Shown piece by piece: positions 37,451 through 49,365 of a stretch of 58,474 nt of DNA. Within the stretch, counting starts at the first letter, position 1. The number at the start of each line of letters is the position of its first letter. The notes under the pieces are model-generated. The model was given only the letters and a program-made list of their open reading frames with translations. It had not been told where the DNA came from and did no database searches. A program made the position numbers and the translations under genes. The stretch spans positions 61,968,519-62,026,992 of the forward strand of contig NC_057726.1 of the NCBI RefSeq assembly GCF_004010195.1, given 5' to 3'. The DNA comes from Chiloscyllium plagiosum (Eukaryota).

Positions 37451-39094
37451 TTTTCCACGTTATATTCAATTCCCAAATTGTTTCACAATCATTCAAACAC
37501 TTGTTAGCAGAAGGATATTTTGCCCAATGCAACATTGACTCTAAACCAGCTTACCTTTAGACCTGGTTATTTCAGAGAGAGGGCCAATTACTGTAAATGG
37601 GGGTTAGTCTGGCTGACCTGAAATTAAGCTACTGATTTAAGACCTTTAATTGCAGTATTTATACTTTTGTTAAAGCTTTGCCAAAACACAGTAAAACTTC
37701 TACTGGATTGATTTCAGTGAGTTTAGTTGCATGGCAAGGTTTGAAGTTAGGATGCAGGTTAAGCTAAAACATTAAACATGATACTTAATTTTAAAAGTCA
37801 CTTCCTACAACTCAGTTCTGCCAACTATAAATCCATGATTCTCTGTACAGAAATCTAATTGTTTCTTGCTTCAATCAGGTCCTTTAAAGGACTACTTTTT
37901 TTTATTTGAAATAAGCGTAAGAAAGTGCATAAATTGTAAACTATAAGGTGCATGGTGCATACTAAGTTGCTTTTATATAATACCGCAATTAATTCCACAG
38001 CAGTGTCCATTTCTAACAGCAATGAATTATGTCAAGACAAAACACTTTCCAGAATTGTAAGGAGAACCCTTATTAAAGATCAGCTCATTAACGTGTTTAT
38101 GTTTCAACTATAGGAAGCTACTTTTTTAATGGAATGATTGCAGAAGATTGCGTTATTGGCGAAGGTTTTCATGGGTGAAATCGATAAATGCACTTAACTG
38201 TTTTACTCATCTCCAAACTAAATCATGTGCTAAAATAGTATTTTCCCTTCACCTGGTCTGAATTATCTGTCAGGCTCAAGAGCAATATTGGCTCTAACTC
38301 CCAAGAGCAATTACTGCAGATCTTGAATGATTCCAACCTGGAAGACAAAAGCAAACATGACAATAGAAATGAGTTCTCGATTGACAATGACTTTTTTCCT
38401 CATTTTATTCCCGGGTATTTTCCCATGTGTTGCTATTACTGTTAGCGCTGTTTCGAATTATTTTCCTCCTTTTGCCCTAAATATATCAATCAGGGTACTC
38501 AACCTAATTTCTGCAGGTAGTTAAGTTTAAGATTGCTCCAACTAACGATTTCCAAAGCTTATTCGTTTTTTGCTTCCCCTCTTATTGGTCTTGGATTTTT
38601 TTTCTTAAATATTCTATTCTGAACAAGAATTGTCTCCTGGTTTATAGTGTTTCCACCATGCACCTTTTCACTGCAATGACAAACATATTTTACGGTTCCA
38701 GAATGTGAATTAACTTAGGTACAGGATATTATGTATCAATCCGTTCTGAGCATTGCAGCTGTGCCTGTCACAACTAGACGTCAACTTATCACGTTAAGAT
38801 TATAAAGGTTAACTGAGTCAATCAATCATTTTATCAAGTACAACCTGGGATAAAATCTAACAAAACTTTTAAATGGATCCATAAGTCTGATGCTGCACTG
38901 AGTTAACATTGCTTCATGTGATGCGGGCCTGACGTACATAAAACGCACGCCTCCATTTCCCGCTTAAACTCGAACCACAGACATGAACCTCCAACGGCAT
39001 TGCCTCACACTACTCATTAGGTTACACACTGGCATTTTTCGCCAAACACTGTGTCTTTCGTGTTACCTTCAAACTTCAAGAACCATTTGATGAT

Positions 39095-39149
39095 ATGGCT
39101 GTGAAGGCTGTGTTTCAGAGTATACAGCTCATAAAGATTATTTTCATTG
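39095..39149 (+). CDS. Gene C exon 1, leader (MAVKAVFQSIQLIKIIFI)
   Basis: 55 nt as in gene A; phase-1 donor G|gtatgt; weaker hydrophobic core. Confidence 0.7.
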
Positions 39150-39242
39150 GTATGTTCCAGAATTCGCTCTTTGTCTTTATGTTTGTCTCATGTTATCTCT
39201 CTAAATCTTCCTCAGTGTTTTGCAAACACTTTTCTTTTACAG

Positions 39243-39557
39243 TTGCTGCTGATGTTCCTGTTGAAGTGTCCCAGATCCCCGAACGTATCTATGCCACAAC
39301 TGGCACAAACCTCACATTCTATTGCACGTTTTCTGTTTTTCAAGACAAACAGGCGATCATTTATTGGTGGAAACTTGGTGAAAATGAATTCATTCATTTT
39401 GGATCAGACAACAGGAAACGACTTTTCATCGAGAAAGGAAGAGCCTCATTACAACTCCTGAATATCAGTGTCCAAGACTCTGGAGTCTATTATTGCAGAC
39501 TGACATGCCCGGGAAAAAGAGCCGCAAATGGAAGTGGATCAACACTTGTCGTCCGTG
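39243..39557 (+). CDS. Gene C exon 2, Ig V-set domain with J-like G strand
   Basis: Acceptor ttttcttttacag|; VSQIP, FYC, WWK, ASLQL, DSGVYYC and ANGSGSTLVV; donor G|gtaaga. Confidence 0.93.
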
Positions 39558-39789
39558 GTAAGAGATGGTCAATGGAGTAGACTGAAAATTCTCTATCTTA
39601 TTACAATTAGAAAAATGTAACTGGCAACACGTTTTTCTCTTCCTTGGGCGTTCCATTAAATTAGAAAATAAATGTTTCAAAAGAAATATTTAATTATGAA
39701 TCAGATGATATCCCTCTACGTCGAGGTTCCACGATCTTGATTTTCTAACATTGTTTCGATTATTTCATGCATGAAAACTCGCACAGACC

Positions 39790-40090
39790 AACTAATCTGC
39801 ACATCTTTGCACTATTGGAGGAAACCAAAACACCCAGAGTAAACCCATACTGACACGGGCGAACGTGCAAACTCCACATAGTCAACTAACCGTGGCTAAT
39901 GCTTTGGTTTCTTCCCATAGCCTAAGATTTGCAGGATATGTGGATTGACAATGCTAAATTATCCAGTAAAGTCCAGGGATATGCAGGCTAGTAGGATAGG
40001 GTGGAGGACTAGGTCTGGGTAGTGTGCTCTTTGGATGGTCGGTGCACCCTTGATGGACCGAATGGCCTCTGTTTACACGGTAGACATTAT
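39790..40090. mobile_element. Two partial HE1-like SINE copies in opposite orientation
   Basis: gaggaaacc...tgcaaactccaca (reverse) followed by atgctaaatt...ggaccgaatggcct (forward); both match 45969-46308. Confidence 0.65.
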
Positions 40091-41575
40091 TCTAAGCGTT
40101 TCCATGTCATTCAAGTATGGATATTGAGTGGAAAATTACTTGAACATTGTTCAGTATAGGAAACATTTGACAGTATTAAACTTGTTTTTGCTGACTGTCT
40201 CAACAAGGACAGTCAAGCTAAAAGTCGTTTAAATGCATTTGAAATCTAATTTCAATCAAAACATGATGTCCAAATTTGCTGCATGTGATCAGCTTTGAAT
40301 GTTGTGTGCCAGTTTGTCTGCGGTAAAAAAAAGAAAGACTTCGATGTTGCAAATTCTTTTCCACATCATTACGTATTTTAAAGTGTTAGTTAACTATAGC
40401 TGACATAATGGCAAAATGCTTTAAAAGCAGAAATCTGAACCTACCAGATAATTAGTGATAATGCTTGGTGGATATATATTGACCAAAAAATTGGGACAAT
40501 TACAATTAACTTGTCTGATCAATACTAGAGGATATTTTACTTTCATTGAAGAGGTCAGAATGGGTTTTGGTGTATTCCCCTGGATGGACGGCCTGTTTCC
40601 CATTGCAGCGCTCTCTCCGTACAATTCTAAAGGATTGGCCTTGATTGTTCCTCCAAATCCATTGAGTAGAGCTTGGAGCTGACACCCGTCTTGGAATGAA
40701 GCGTGTTTCCACGTGCTATGAGAACATTGTGCGTTCCAGCTCGAAGAATCAAACATTCGGATGTTTGGTCGCATTTGTAGTTTTCAATCGATTTGGTCAG
40801 TTTTTGGTGGGCTAACGCAAGACGTTGAATCACCTCAAATCCCTTCAGAAGCAGAAACAAAACTTAATAACGAATGCAATTACTTGTTTCCTGAATTTTG
40901 TAAACTCTATTTGCCTCAGTTTTAATCTCCGATATATCTCCCACTCTGAAGTAACTCGTGAAATGTACGAACATCTCAGTCCCAGACTGAGACTATAGAG
41001 TTCTCAATCATGTTATGCCTCCCATGTTTATTTCAGCAGCAAGATGGATTGTGGCTTTGAGGCGACAATTCCTCTGCTCACTGTAAGTAGCCACACAGAT
41101 TGAATACATTCTGGAAGTTTCCTCTGGTCACATATTGATTGCGTATTAAAGTTTGCCAAAAGGAAAGCTATCTCATATTCACTACCGTGGCATCCTGAAA
41201 TTCTTTGAACAATCTTTAATTTGTTTTCTCTCTCATCAGGTGATGCAGGAAAGATAAATTTGGTGATCCAGGGAAATTTGAAATAAATTTAGAGATCCAA
41301 CCCCACTTGCAGGTTGCTATAATCCGAATATGCTATCTGGAAGGCCATTAGAAGCATGTTCAGTAGGAACTCCAAAGGGCCGTGGATCAATGCTTGAACC
41401 TGGTCATTTTCACACCGAAAGGAAAGAACAGATACGAGAACATTATTGCATAATACTTCCAAGAAAGCAGCGTGGGCAGGATAGACCAAAATAGCAGGTT
41501 TGCTGTAGCATTCTATAATTATATAGAAGATCATAATTGATAGACAAAGCATTCACTTCACCATTACCATTCATG

Positions 41576-41609
41576 CTATTTGCTGTTATTTGCTGTTATT
41601 TGCTGTTAT
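41576..41609 (+). repeat. Tandem 10-mer (tatttgctgt) x3
   Basis: Seen directly. Confidence 0.8.
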
Positions 41610-41696
41610 AGTCTATCCAGAATAATTGAAAAGGGACGCCATTCTAATTTGCAGACCAGACGAGATTATTAACTTCCTTGTTCGTTGTTTCACCAG

Positions 41697-42011
41697 CTTC
41701 TCCAACTCCAGTGAGGATTGTTTCCCGTCCCTCTGAAAGTACTGCGCACAGTTCTTTGTCTTTGGTATGTGAAATGGATTTGGTTTTCCTGGACGGTCTG
41801 ACTATCACTTGGTACAAAAATAATCGAAGCATTGAGAATGGGATAAATACGACCACGAAGCAACTCAGTGGAGCAGGGCTGTATAAAGTTTCAAGCTATT
41901 TGGAAGAAGCACGGCCTATCCAAGGAAGAACTGTTTTTGTCTGTCTGATGTCTCAAGCGACCCTACAGATTCCAGCCATGGCCATTTACTTGGTCCCTAT
42001 TTCTCGTCTAG
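41697..42011 (+). CDS. Gene C exon 3, divergent Ig C1-set domain
   Basis: Acceptor caccag|; LSLVCEMDLVFLDGLTITWYKN...GLYKVSSYL...FVCLMSQ; donor G|gtaaga; colinear with the A and B C1 exons. Confidence 0.9.
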
Positions 42012-42159
42012 GTAAGATTCTACGCTCAGCAGACGCAAAATCAAAAAGCCTCAGATATAATCTGACACAAAAGCTCAGAACGTACTTGCACAATCCAAAT
42101 TATAAGAAACCTGCAAGTGCAATATTTCTCTGCGTAAAATCTCACAACCTATGATCTGT

Positions 42160-43400
42160 AACGAGGAGGTCATGCCTGATCAACCTAATTTAATTTTGCA
42201 AAGAGGTGAAAATATATGCAGACAACGACAATGCTTTTGATACACTCTATTCCGATTTCAGCTACGTTTTGATGCAATCCCGCACGGGAAAGTGGAAGAA
42301 AGTATAGCAGATCATTGGATCCAAGGAAATTTGGCAAATTGGGTCCATAATTAGCTGACAAGCAAGGAGCAGATAGTTATGGCTGACAGGCGTTTTTCCA
42401 ATTGAAAACCTGAGTTCAATGGGGTCCCACACGGATCGGTGTGAGGCCCCTGCAGTTTCTGTTTATGTAAATGATTTAAACTTTAATGTATGAGGGTTGA
42501 TCAATAAGTTCACAGATAATACGAAAAAGACGGTGGAAGGTAAATATTAAGTAGGGTTACTTTAGATTACACAAGGCTATGGACGAACTGGTCAGATGAG
42601 ATGATCAGTGAGAAGTGGAACTCAATCCAGAAAAATGCATGCTGATGTAATTGGACAGGACAGGCAAGGCAGGGAATACATTGTAAAAGGTGGGACCCTA
42701 CGAAGCATTGAGGATCAGATGGTATGCTTGTTACGCACATACACTAGCCACTTAAGTTTTAGGGCAGCGAATTGATGAATTGATTAAGAAGGCATTTGGT
42801 GTATTTGCTGTTGATAGCCAAGGCGTAAATTTAAAAACAGGGAAGGTATTCTGGAACTATATAAAATTGTTCGTTCGCCACAGCTAGTGTATGATATGCA
42901 GTTCTGGATTCCACATTATAGGAGGGATGTGATTGTACAGGAGACGATGCAGAGAAGATATACCATGATATTGCTTGGACTGCAGAGTTTCAGTTATGAG
43001 ACAGATTGGACAGACTGGGATGTTTTCTTAGAGCAAGTGAAATTGAGAAGGGACTTGACTGAGATTTATAAAATTAGGAGGGGTACGGATAGGGTAAAAG
43101 GAGGAAGAAACTGTTCCAATTAATGGAGCGATCACTGAATGGGGGTAGGGAGAGTGGGTGGAGCAAATAGATTTAAGCTAAGAAGCAGAAGGTTTAGACC
43201 AGATGTGAGGGGAAAAAAGCGTTTTCACCAGAAGGTGGGGGAAATTTGGAATTCACTGACTGTAAGTGTGGTAGAGATAGAAACCCTCATAAAATTTAAG
43301 AAGTATGTGGATATATACTGTACTTGCAAAGGCATATGAGACTTTTGGTTAAGTGCTGGAAATTGTGATTTTAATAGTTAAGTAGTTATTCCTTACTGGC
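42160..43400 (+). mobile_element. Degenerate CR1 LINE (RT + 3' end) in gene C intron 3
   Basis: ggggtcccacacggatcggtg (GVPxGSV), QFWIPHYRRDV and LRRDLTEIYKI. Confidence 0.85.
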
Positions 43401-43809
43401 ATGAACACGTAAAGCCTTCTTTTATTTTATAGATCTCAATAATTGTATGGCAACATCACATTTCATTGTCTGCTGCTGAATGAGTCGGTGCTAGGAATTA
43501 CACTGCAGTAATAACCATGGAAACTAAGCATTACCTGAGTTTGCAAAATCTGTTCAGTATAACAAGTGCTTCACCCTAGTCCTAATTTCCAGAACAGTTA
43601 GGTTCGCAATTTTTGACAGACCATATCCTCTGAACTAGTTACATCAAGACATACCTAACATAATAAAACTCCACAAAGGCATGCTTTGATAGAATTCCAC
43701 ATGATGACAAAGGGGAGTACAACTTGAAGGAATTAACTCGTGAAACATTGAAAAAAAGCTTAATTGTCATAGATAGCACCATTTCTGAAAGTGAGTATTA
43801 ATGTTGCAG

Positions 43810-43926
43810 ACGATGACAACATATTTCGCACTTACGTACGGATCTTTGCATGCGCAGGATTTGTACTGATGTTTTTGGCACTGCTGGCTATCATTAGAAT
43901 GTGGCACATATTCACTAACCACAAAG
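43810..43926 (+). CDS. Gene C exon 4, transmembrane (DDDNIFRTYVRIFACAGFVLMFLALLAIIRMWHIFTNHK)
   Basis: Acceptor gttgcag|, donor G|gtaaga, phase 1-1, hydrophobic stretch. Confidence 0.88.
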
Positions 43927-44057
43927 GTAAGATATCATACTATCATTTAACGGAAACCATTCAAAAACTAACAGAAGTTGTGAAATACAATATTGCTTTA
44001 ATATTGGTATGAGTGTAAAGGTATATTTTCTTAGTTTTTACTTCTTTTACAACCAAG

Positions 44058-44335
44058 TGTTCAATTCACGCCTCAGGCGACTGACTGTGTGGAGTTTGCA
44101 CATTCTCCCCGTGTCTGCGTGGGTTTCCTCCGGCTGCTCCGGCTTCCTCCTACAATCCAAAAATGTGCAGGCTAGGTGAATTGGCCATGCTAAATTGCCC
44201 ATAGTGTTAGGTGAAGGGGTATGTGAAGGGAAGGTGAAGGGGAGTGGGTCTGGGTGGGTATGCGCTTCGGCGGGTCGGTGTGGACTTATTGGGCCGAAAG
44301 GCCTGTTTCCACACTGTAAGTTGTACAATCTAAAA
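44058..44335 (+). mobile_element. 5'-truncated HE1-like SINE
   Basis: Near-identical to the body of 45969-46308. Confidence 0.85.
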
Positions 44336-44565
44336 AGTCGGAAGTCTGCTTTCGGGGATCTGTGTGATCAAATACACTAAGAGAAACATTTATCCAACAT
44401 TTTTATCCACGTTATAGACAGAAATTGAGTCAGTAATTTTGCTCCCATTTGCTAACCAATGGAAGAGTAGATATGTCTTACTTTGCCCTGACTGTAAATT
44501 GACATTTACTATATAGTACTTGCGGAATCATTTCTTGCAATAACATGTGGAATTTTGTGTTTTAG

Positions 44566-44609
44566 CAAACAGACAGGGAAACGATGAAGCAAGCCATTGT
44601 GGCAACTCT
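44566..44609 (+). CDS. Gene C exon 5, cytoplasmic (ANRQGNDEASHCGNS)
   Basis: Acceptor ttttgtgttttag|, donor |gtaagt; 44 nt, phase 1 to 0, same size as gene B exon 5. Confidence 0.82.
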
Positions 44610-45136
44610 GTAAGTTTATACCTATCCTACATTTTAAGTACAAGCAATTATTTCCATATGGCTATTGGAAGGTGAAACTCCACACCTGAAAATCTGGACA
44701 TTTTATTCATATACAATGTGAAAGAAGGCAACAACGTTTTCAAAAAAGTAAATGAAGAGTTTAGAAAAGACGGGTGAATAGGGCTAAATAGATGCCTGAT
44801 ACTAAGAACATGGAAAGAACATCGAGGCAATGTTCCACGATTCTCGCACAATATCAACCACATGACTCGTGAAACAGTGATGAACATTAAATATCGTGCA
44901 TTCAGAACAATGTTCTAATGATGGCAAACTAAATTAGCAGTGATCATGAATTTAGGACAATCTATTTGAAAGCACACATTTTTGAGAAGGATGCTAATTA
45001 GATGAATTTAACTAAATGACATTAAGTTTGATGCAATAACAAAACTAAACAAACTTTATGATTTCTGTATTACTTTAATACGCTTTCTGTGATATATTCT
45101 ATTGCATAGTTGAGCTAATTTTATCAATTTTTTTAG

Positions 45137-45274
45137 ACTTTTCAAGAAACAATTGATAATTCGTTGACTTATGCCACTGTCCAGCCAGTTAGTTCTATGA
45201 AAAATGGAAATCCAAGGACGAAAGAAAAAGGCACAGAATATGCAGAAATTAGGAATGTACATCAAAAGAGATAA
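45137..45274 (+). CDS. Gene C exon 6, cytoplasmic tail with ITIM (LTYATV) and ITSM (TEYAEI)
   Basis: Acceptor ttttttag|; TFQETIDNSLTYATVQPVSSMKNGNPRTKEKGTEYAEIRNVHQKR*; spliced CDS is 984 nt = 327 aa + stop. Confidence 0.9.
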   Translation, partial: TFQETIDNSLTYATVQPVSSMKNGNPRTKEKGTEYAEIRNVHQKR

Positions 45275-45968
45275 GCACCAATCGTCTACACGGCAACAAG
45301 TTTCTAATTATGTCGATGTTTGCTGCATTGCAGATGCCTTTCAGTTTTGTATATTGTCCCTAGTTATAAACGTGACATTGTAGTTCCCCTAATGTCTTCT
45401 AGTTCAGTTGTCATTCTCACGGATATTAAGCTTAGCCCAATGCAACGGCTAAACATGTGCAGATGGCCGGAGTTTTGAGGTGATAACAACGAATAAGCAA
45501 CTATCAGCACTTCCCCCTAAACCTACAAAGCCTTTGCAAATCCGTGCATATGCAGAGCAAAGAGAAATCAGCAAAAAAAAATCAGTGAAGCAATGCTTGT
45601 GTTCAATGCGGGTTGCAAGGGTCGCCACAGACATCAATTATCTTCACTTCCAATCAGGTTAGTAGTCATTCCTGGAAGGGGTTACACTTGACTGATTGAG
45701 GAGCTACTGTTTAACAACATACTTTATGTAACATTATGATTAAATAATGAACTTGATCCCTTAAAGCTACTGTTTTGCTATGCAATTCCAAGTAGATACC
45801 TTTTGAGAAAAAAGTCACATGTTATAAACATACTTTCTATGGTTTGATTTTGCTGATACTTTTACTTCTATCAACATCGAAGCATATTGTTAATTTTGGT
45901 ATTTCAAAATAAAAATTAAAATGGTAGTGGTTTTAACATTTGGCTTGCTGTGTGTGTGTATAATTTAT

Positions 45969-46308
45969 GGGCGGCACGGTGGCACAGTGGTTAGCACTGC
46001 TGCCTCGCAGCGCCAGAGACCCGGGTTCAATTCGCGCCTCAGGCGACTGACTGTGTGGAGTTTGCACGTTCTCCCCGTGTCTGTGTGGGTTTCCTCCGGG
46101 TGCTCCGGTTTCCTCCCACAGTCGAAAGATGTGCAGGTCAGGTGAAGTGGCCATGCTAAATTGCCCGTAGTGTTAGGTAAGGGGTAAATGTAGGGGTATG
46201 GGTGGGTTACGCTTCGGCGGGTCGGTGTGGACTTGTTGGGGTGTGGACTTGTTGGGCCGAAGGGCCTGTTTCCACACTGTAAAGTAATCTAATCTAATCT
46301 AATCTAAT
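45969..46308 (+). mobile_element. Full-length HE1-like tRNA-derived SINE with (AATCT)n tail
   Basis: A box tggcacagtgg, B box ggttcaattc, 3' end gggccgaagggcctgtt shared with the CR1 3' end at ~26632-26650, and a microsatellite tail. Confidence 0.9.
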
Positions 46309-48082
46309 TCAATGTCATTAGCAGTTTACCTGTTGCTGGCATCACAACTACTGAAAGTTAGGGCATCTTGTTAACTTTATTAAATTTAAACTGCCATGGT
46401 GAACAGAAAATCTCTCTAACAGAGATTTCTGCATCCATTCTGGAATCTTCCTTTGAGTTCAGAAGTCGCAATCCCTGCATTGTTGCTGATGAGCAAACAC
46501 ACATGGTCCTGAGATAACAATGTGTCTTCCTTCTCTCGACCAGATCATATCTGAAATGATTTATTTAATTTCATTTCTGTAAAATGAAATGATAATGCAG
46601 TTCCAGTATTTCAAGTAAACATGACTCATGAACGTAACTTAGAAATATAGAGCATAAAAGTAGGACTTCGCCATTGGTAATTTGAGCCTTCTCCACCATC
46701 GATGTGATCATAGAAAACATCCATTTCAGCGTCCTGTTCTTGCTTCTCTCTATTCCCTTTGATTTTTATACAACTTAAGAACTATGCATAGCTCTTTCTT
46801 GAAAACATTGGAAGATTTGATCTCAGCAATTTTCTGTGGCGGACAATTCCATGGACTCACCACTCCCTGAGTGAGGAAATTTCTCTATTATTAGGCTGTG
46901 ACCACTGGTTGTTGAACTGCCCAGTCATCAAGAACATCCTTCCTATGCTTAAAGTGCTGTAGAATATGATTTCAAAAATAACATCTCCAAACCAGATCAT
47001 CAAGGGTTAATTAGACAAAGCAATAAACAACTACAGAGAGTGGAAAAGTAGCAGGCTTTATCTGTTTTGTCAGAAGGCGGACTGGGAATGGGAACAGGCA
47101 GTTTTGCAACGTTACCTGGAGTTGTTATTTTCACAGAGGAAAATCTATTAATGTATAGGACTTTTGACAGTTCATTTGACTTCACCAATGAACTGGGTTC
47201 ACGGCCCATGGCATGGAAATTTCGATCTAACTAAAGCAACATCTGTCATTTGGGAGGCCTGACAGGCAAAACGATGTGAGACTCACATGTTTGAATATAT
47301 TTAAGTAGCTTAAGCTAATAATTAGTTCGAATATATTTGAAGTATTATTGACTACAAATTAGGTCCAACCTCTCCATTGTGATTAAGTTAATAAACTTGC
47401 ATTTTTACCGAAGCCCATGTCTCTTGCATTCATTTGGTCAGATCTGAAAGAACCAGCGAAGTCACGTCAGCCTAACTTTGTGCCTGTGACCTGTTATGGA
47501 CCTGGCCCAAAACATTTCAAAAAAGGGGCTCAGACCCTAACAGCTAGTTGTTTGAAGTAGGTGTACACGGATATTCCAGGAGAGGTGCTACTCGTCAAAC
47601 CATTTAGTTTTAAACAAGATAGAATTTACTTACAAGATTACTAAATGAAACAGAAACAAAAGAGAACAGAATACTAAACAACTTGTCGGAAAACCCAACA
47701 CACTATCGCAACTTAACGATGCTGTTCCAAATACTTGAAACAAATCCATAAATACCCCTTAGTACAAAAGGTAAAATCAAACACAGGATATGACAGGAAA
47801 GACGTCATAGAGAGAGGAAGATCAGCATGGACCTGCTTCTTTGGGTCAAACAGCTTCACAACACTGATTGATTGTGAAAACCAAATCAAACCAGAGTAGA
47901 GCTGAGCTGGGAGAACTGGTCACTCACCTTTTTTCGCACACATTTTTCAACTTGAAAGCATTCTGCATGAGGCAGTATCTGCTAACTATAATCAGACTGA
48001 CCCTAAAACGTATCCAAACCCAGATGTTTTGGAATCTGTGTCATTTACGATCTCTCTGGAAAAAAAAGGGCAAGGGAGATCA

Positions 48083-48392
48083 TGTTGTGGCTGTATAGGG
48101 CATTGGTTAGGCCACTGTTGGAACATTGCGTGCAATTCTGGTCTCCTTCCTATAGGAAAGATGTTGTGAAACTTGAAAGGGTTCAGAAAAGATTTACAAG
48201 GATGTTGCCAGGGTTGGAGGATCTGAGCTCCAGGGAGAGGCTGAACAGGCTGGGGCTGTTTTCCCTAGAGCGTCGGAGGCTGACGGGCGACCTTATAGAG
48301 GTTTACAAAATTATGAGGGGCATGGATTGAATAAATAGGCAAAGTATTTTCCCTGGGGTCGGGGGGTCCAGAACTAGAGGGCATAGGTTTAA
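48083..48392 (+). mobile_element. CR1 LINE fragment
   Basis: LYRALVRPLLEHCVQFWSP...LERVQKRFTRMLPGL. Confidence 0.92.
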
Positions 48393-49365
48393 ATGTCTTC
48401 AGAAACTTCAATAGGTAAGTATCAGAGTGTATGATTGTCTCAGACATGTTACTGGTAACATAAACATTGAAATGTTGTAACACCAACACCAAGCTCAAAG
48501 TTTCCTTCTCAACTGTCGAATATTTCTGCTGATGAATGTTCAATTTCCTGGAGAAATACCTGACAGGTTTTGCAGTCTTCTGGTCATCTTCCAGAATGAG
48601 CACAGTACCAACACCCATACCACATACATCGTTACCCACCTTGAATGGTTTTACATGATTAGGTATGTCTAATACTGGGGCAGTGGTTTACACAACTTTC
48701 AGGCTGTCAAATGCCTTCTGATGGTCCGCTGTCCACTGATATTTCACGAGTGTCTTTAGCAATGCAGTAATTGGAGCAGCTAAAAGTTCATCCAAATTCC
48801 TGGCAAAGCTCACTTAATCCCAAGAATTGTAGTAGTACTCTTTACATCGAGCTTATGGGAAGCACCACCCCAGCCCCGCCAATTATCTTTGTTCTGCATT
48901 CCGTGGGGCCATTTATGGCCCAGGAAGGTGACTTGGGCTTTGGTAAATTCATTTTTAGCCAAGTTTATCAGCAAACCTACCTTTTGAAGTTGATGGAACA
49001 CGACTCGTGAATGTTGTAAATGTTCCTTCCATGAGTGACTAAACATCACCAGGTCATCTATATCTCCAACACACTTGTGCACACTGGTAATGTCCTTATT
49101 GCTTAGTCTCTGAAAATGTGGCTGACGCATTTTTCATAACAAATGGCATGACTTTGAACTTATGTGGTCCATTCAGCATTCCAAAAGCCAAAATTGTCTT
49201 TGCTCTTTCTGACAAAGGTACCAGCTAGTATCCTCTGAGCAAGTCCAACTTAGAAATATAATTTGTTTGTCCCACCTGCTCAGCACAGTTTTCCTAATGT
49301 GAAATTGGAAGCGCATCAGTTTTTTGTAATTGCATTTACTTTGCGATAGTCCATACATAACCGTT
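48393..49365 (-). mobile_element. Ty3/gypsy LTR retrotransposon pol fragment (RT + RNase H)
   Basis: IDDLVMFSHSWKEHLQH...VTFLGH and KPVRYFSRKLNIHQQKYSTVEKETLSLVLVLQHFNVYV. Confidence 0.85.

Noticed and set aside
3009-45274. Assigning a gene symbol (NCR3, SIRPA, NITR, PDCD1, NCR3LG1)
   Set aside because: The architecture overlaps each but matches none exactly: NKp30 and PD-1 lack C1, SIRPa has two C1 domains, and NITR has an I-type second domain. Orthology needs a phylogeny.
45969-46040. tRNA gene
   Set aside because: The A/B boxes belong to the head of a tRNA-derived SINE.
47492-48082. LTR of the adjacent gypsy fragment
   Set aside because: Starts with TGTTA, but there is no second copy, PBS or TSD in the window to support it.
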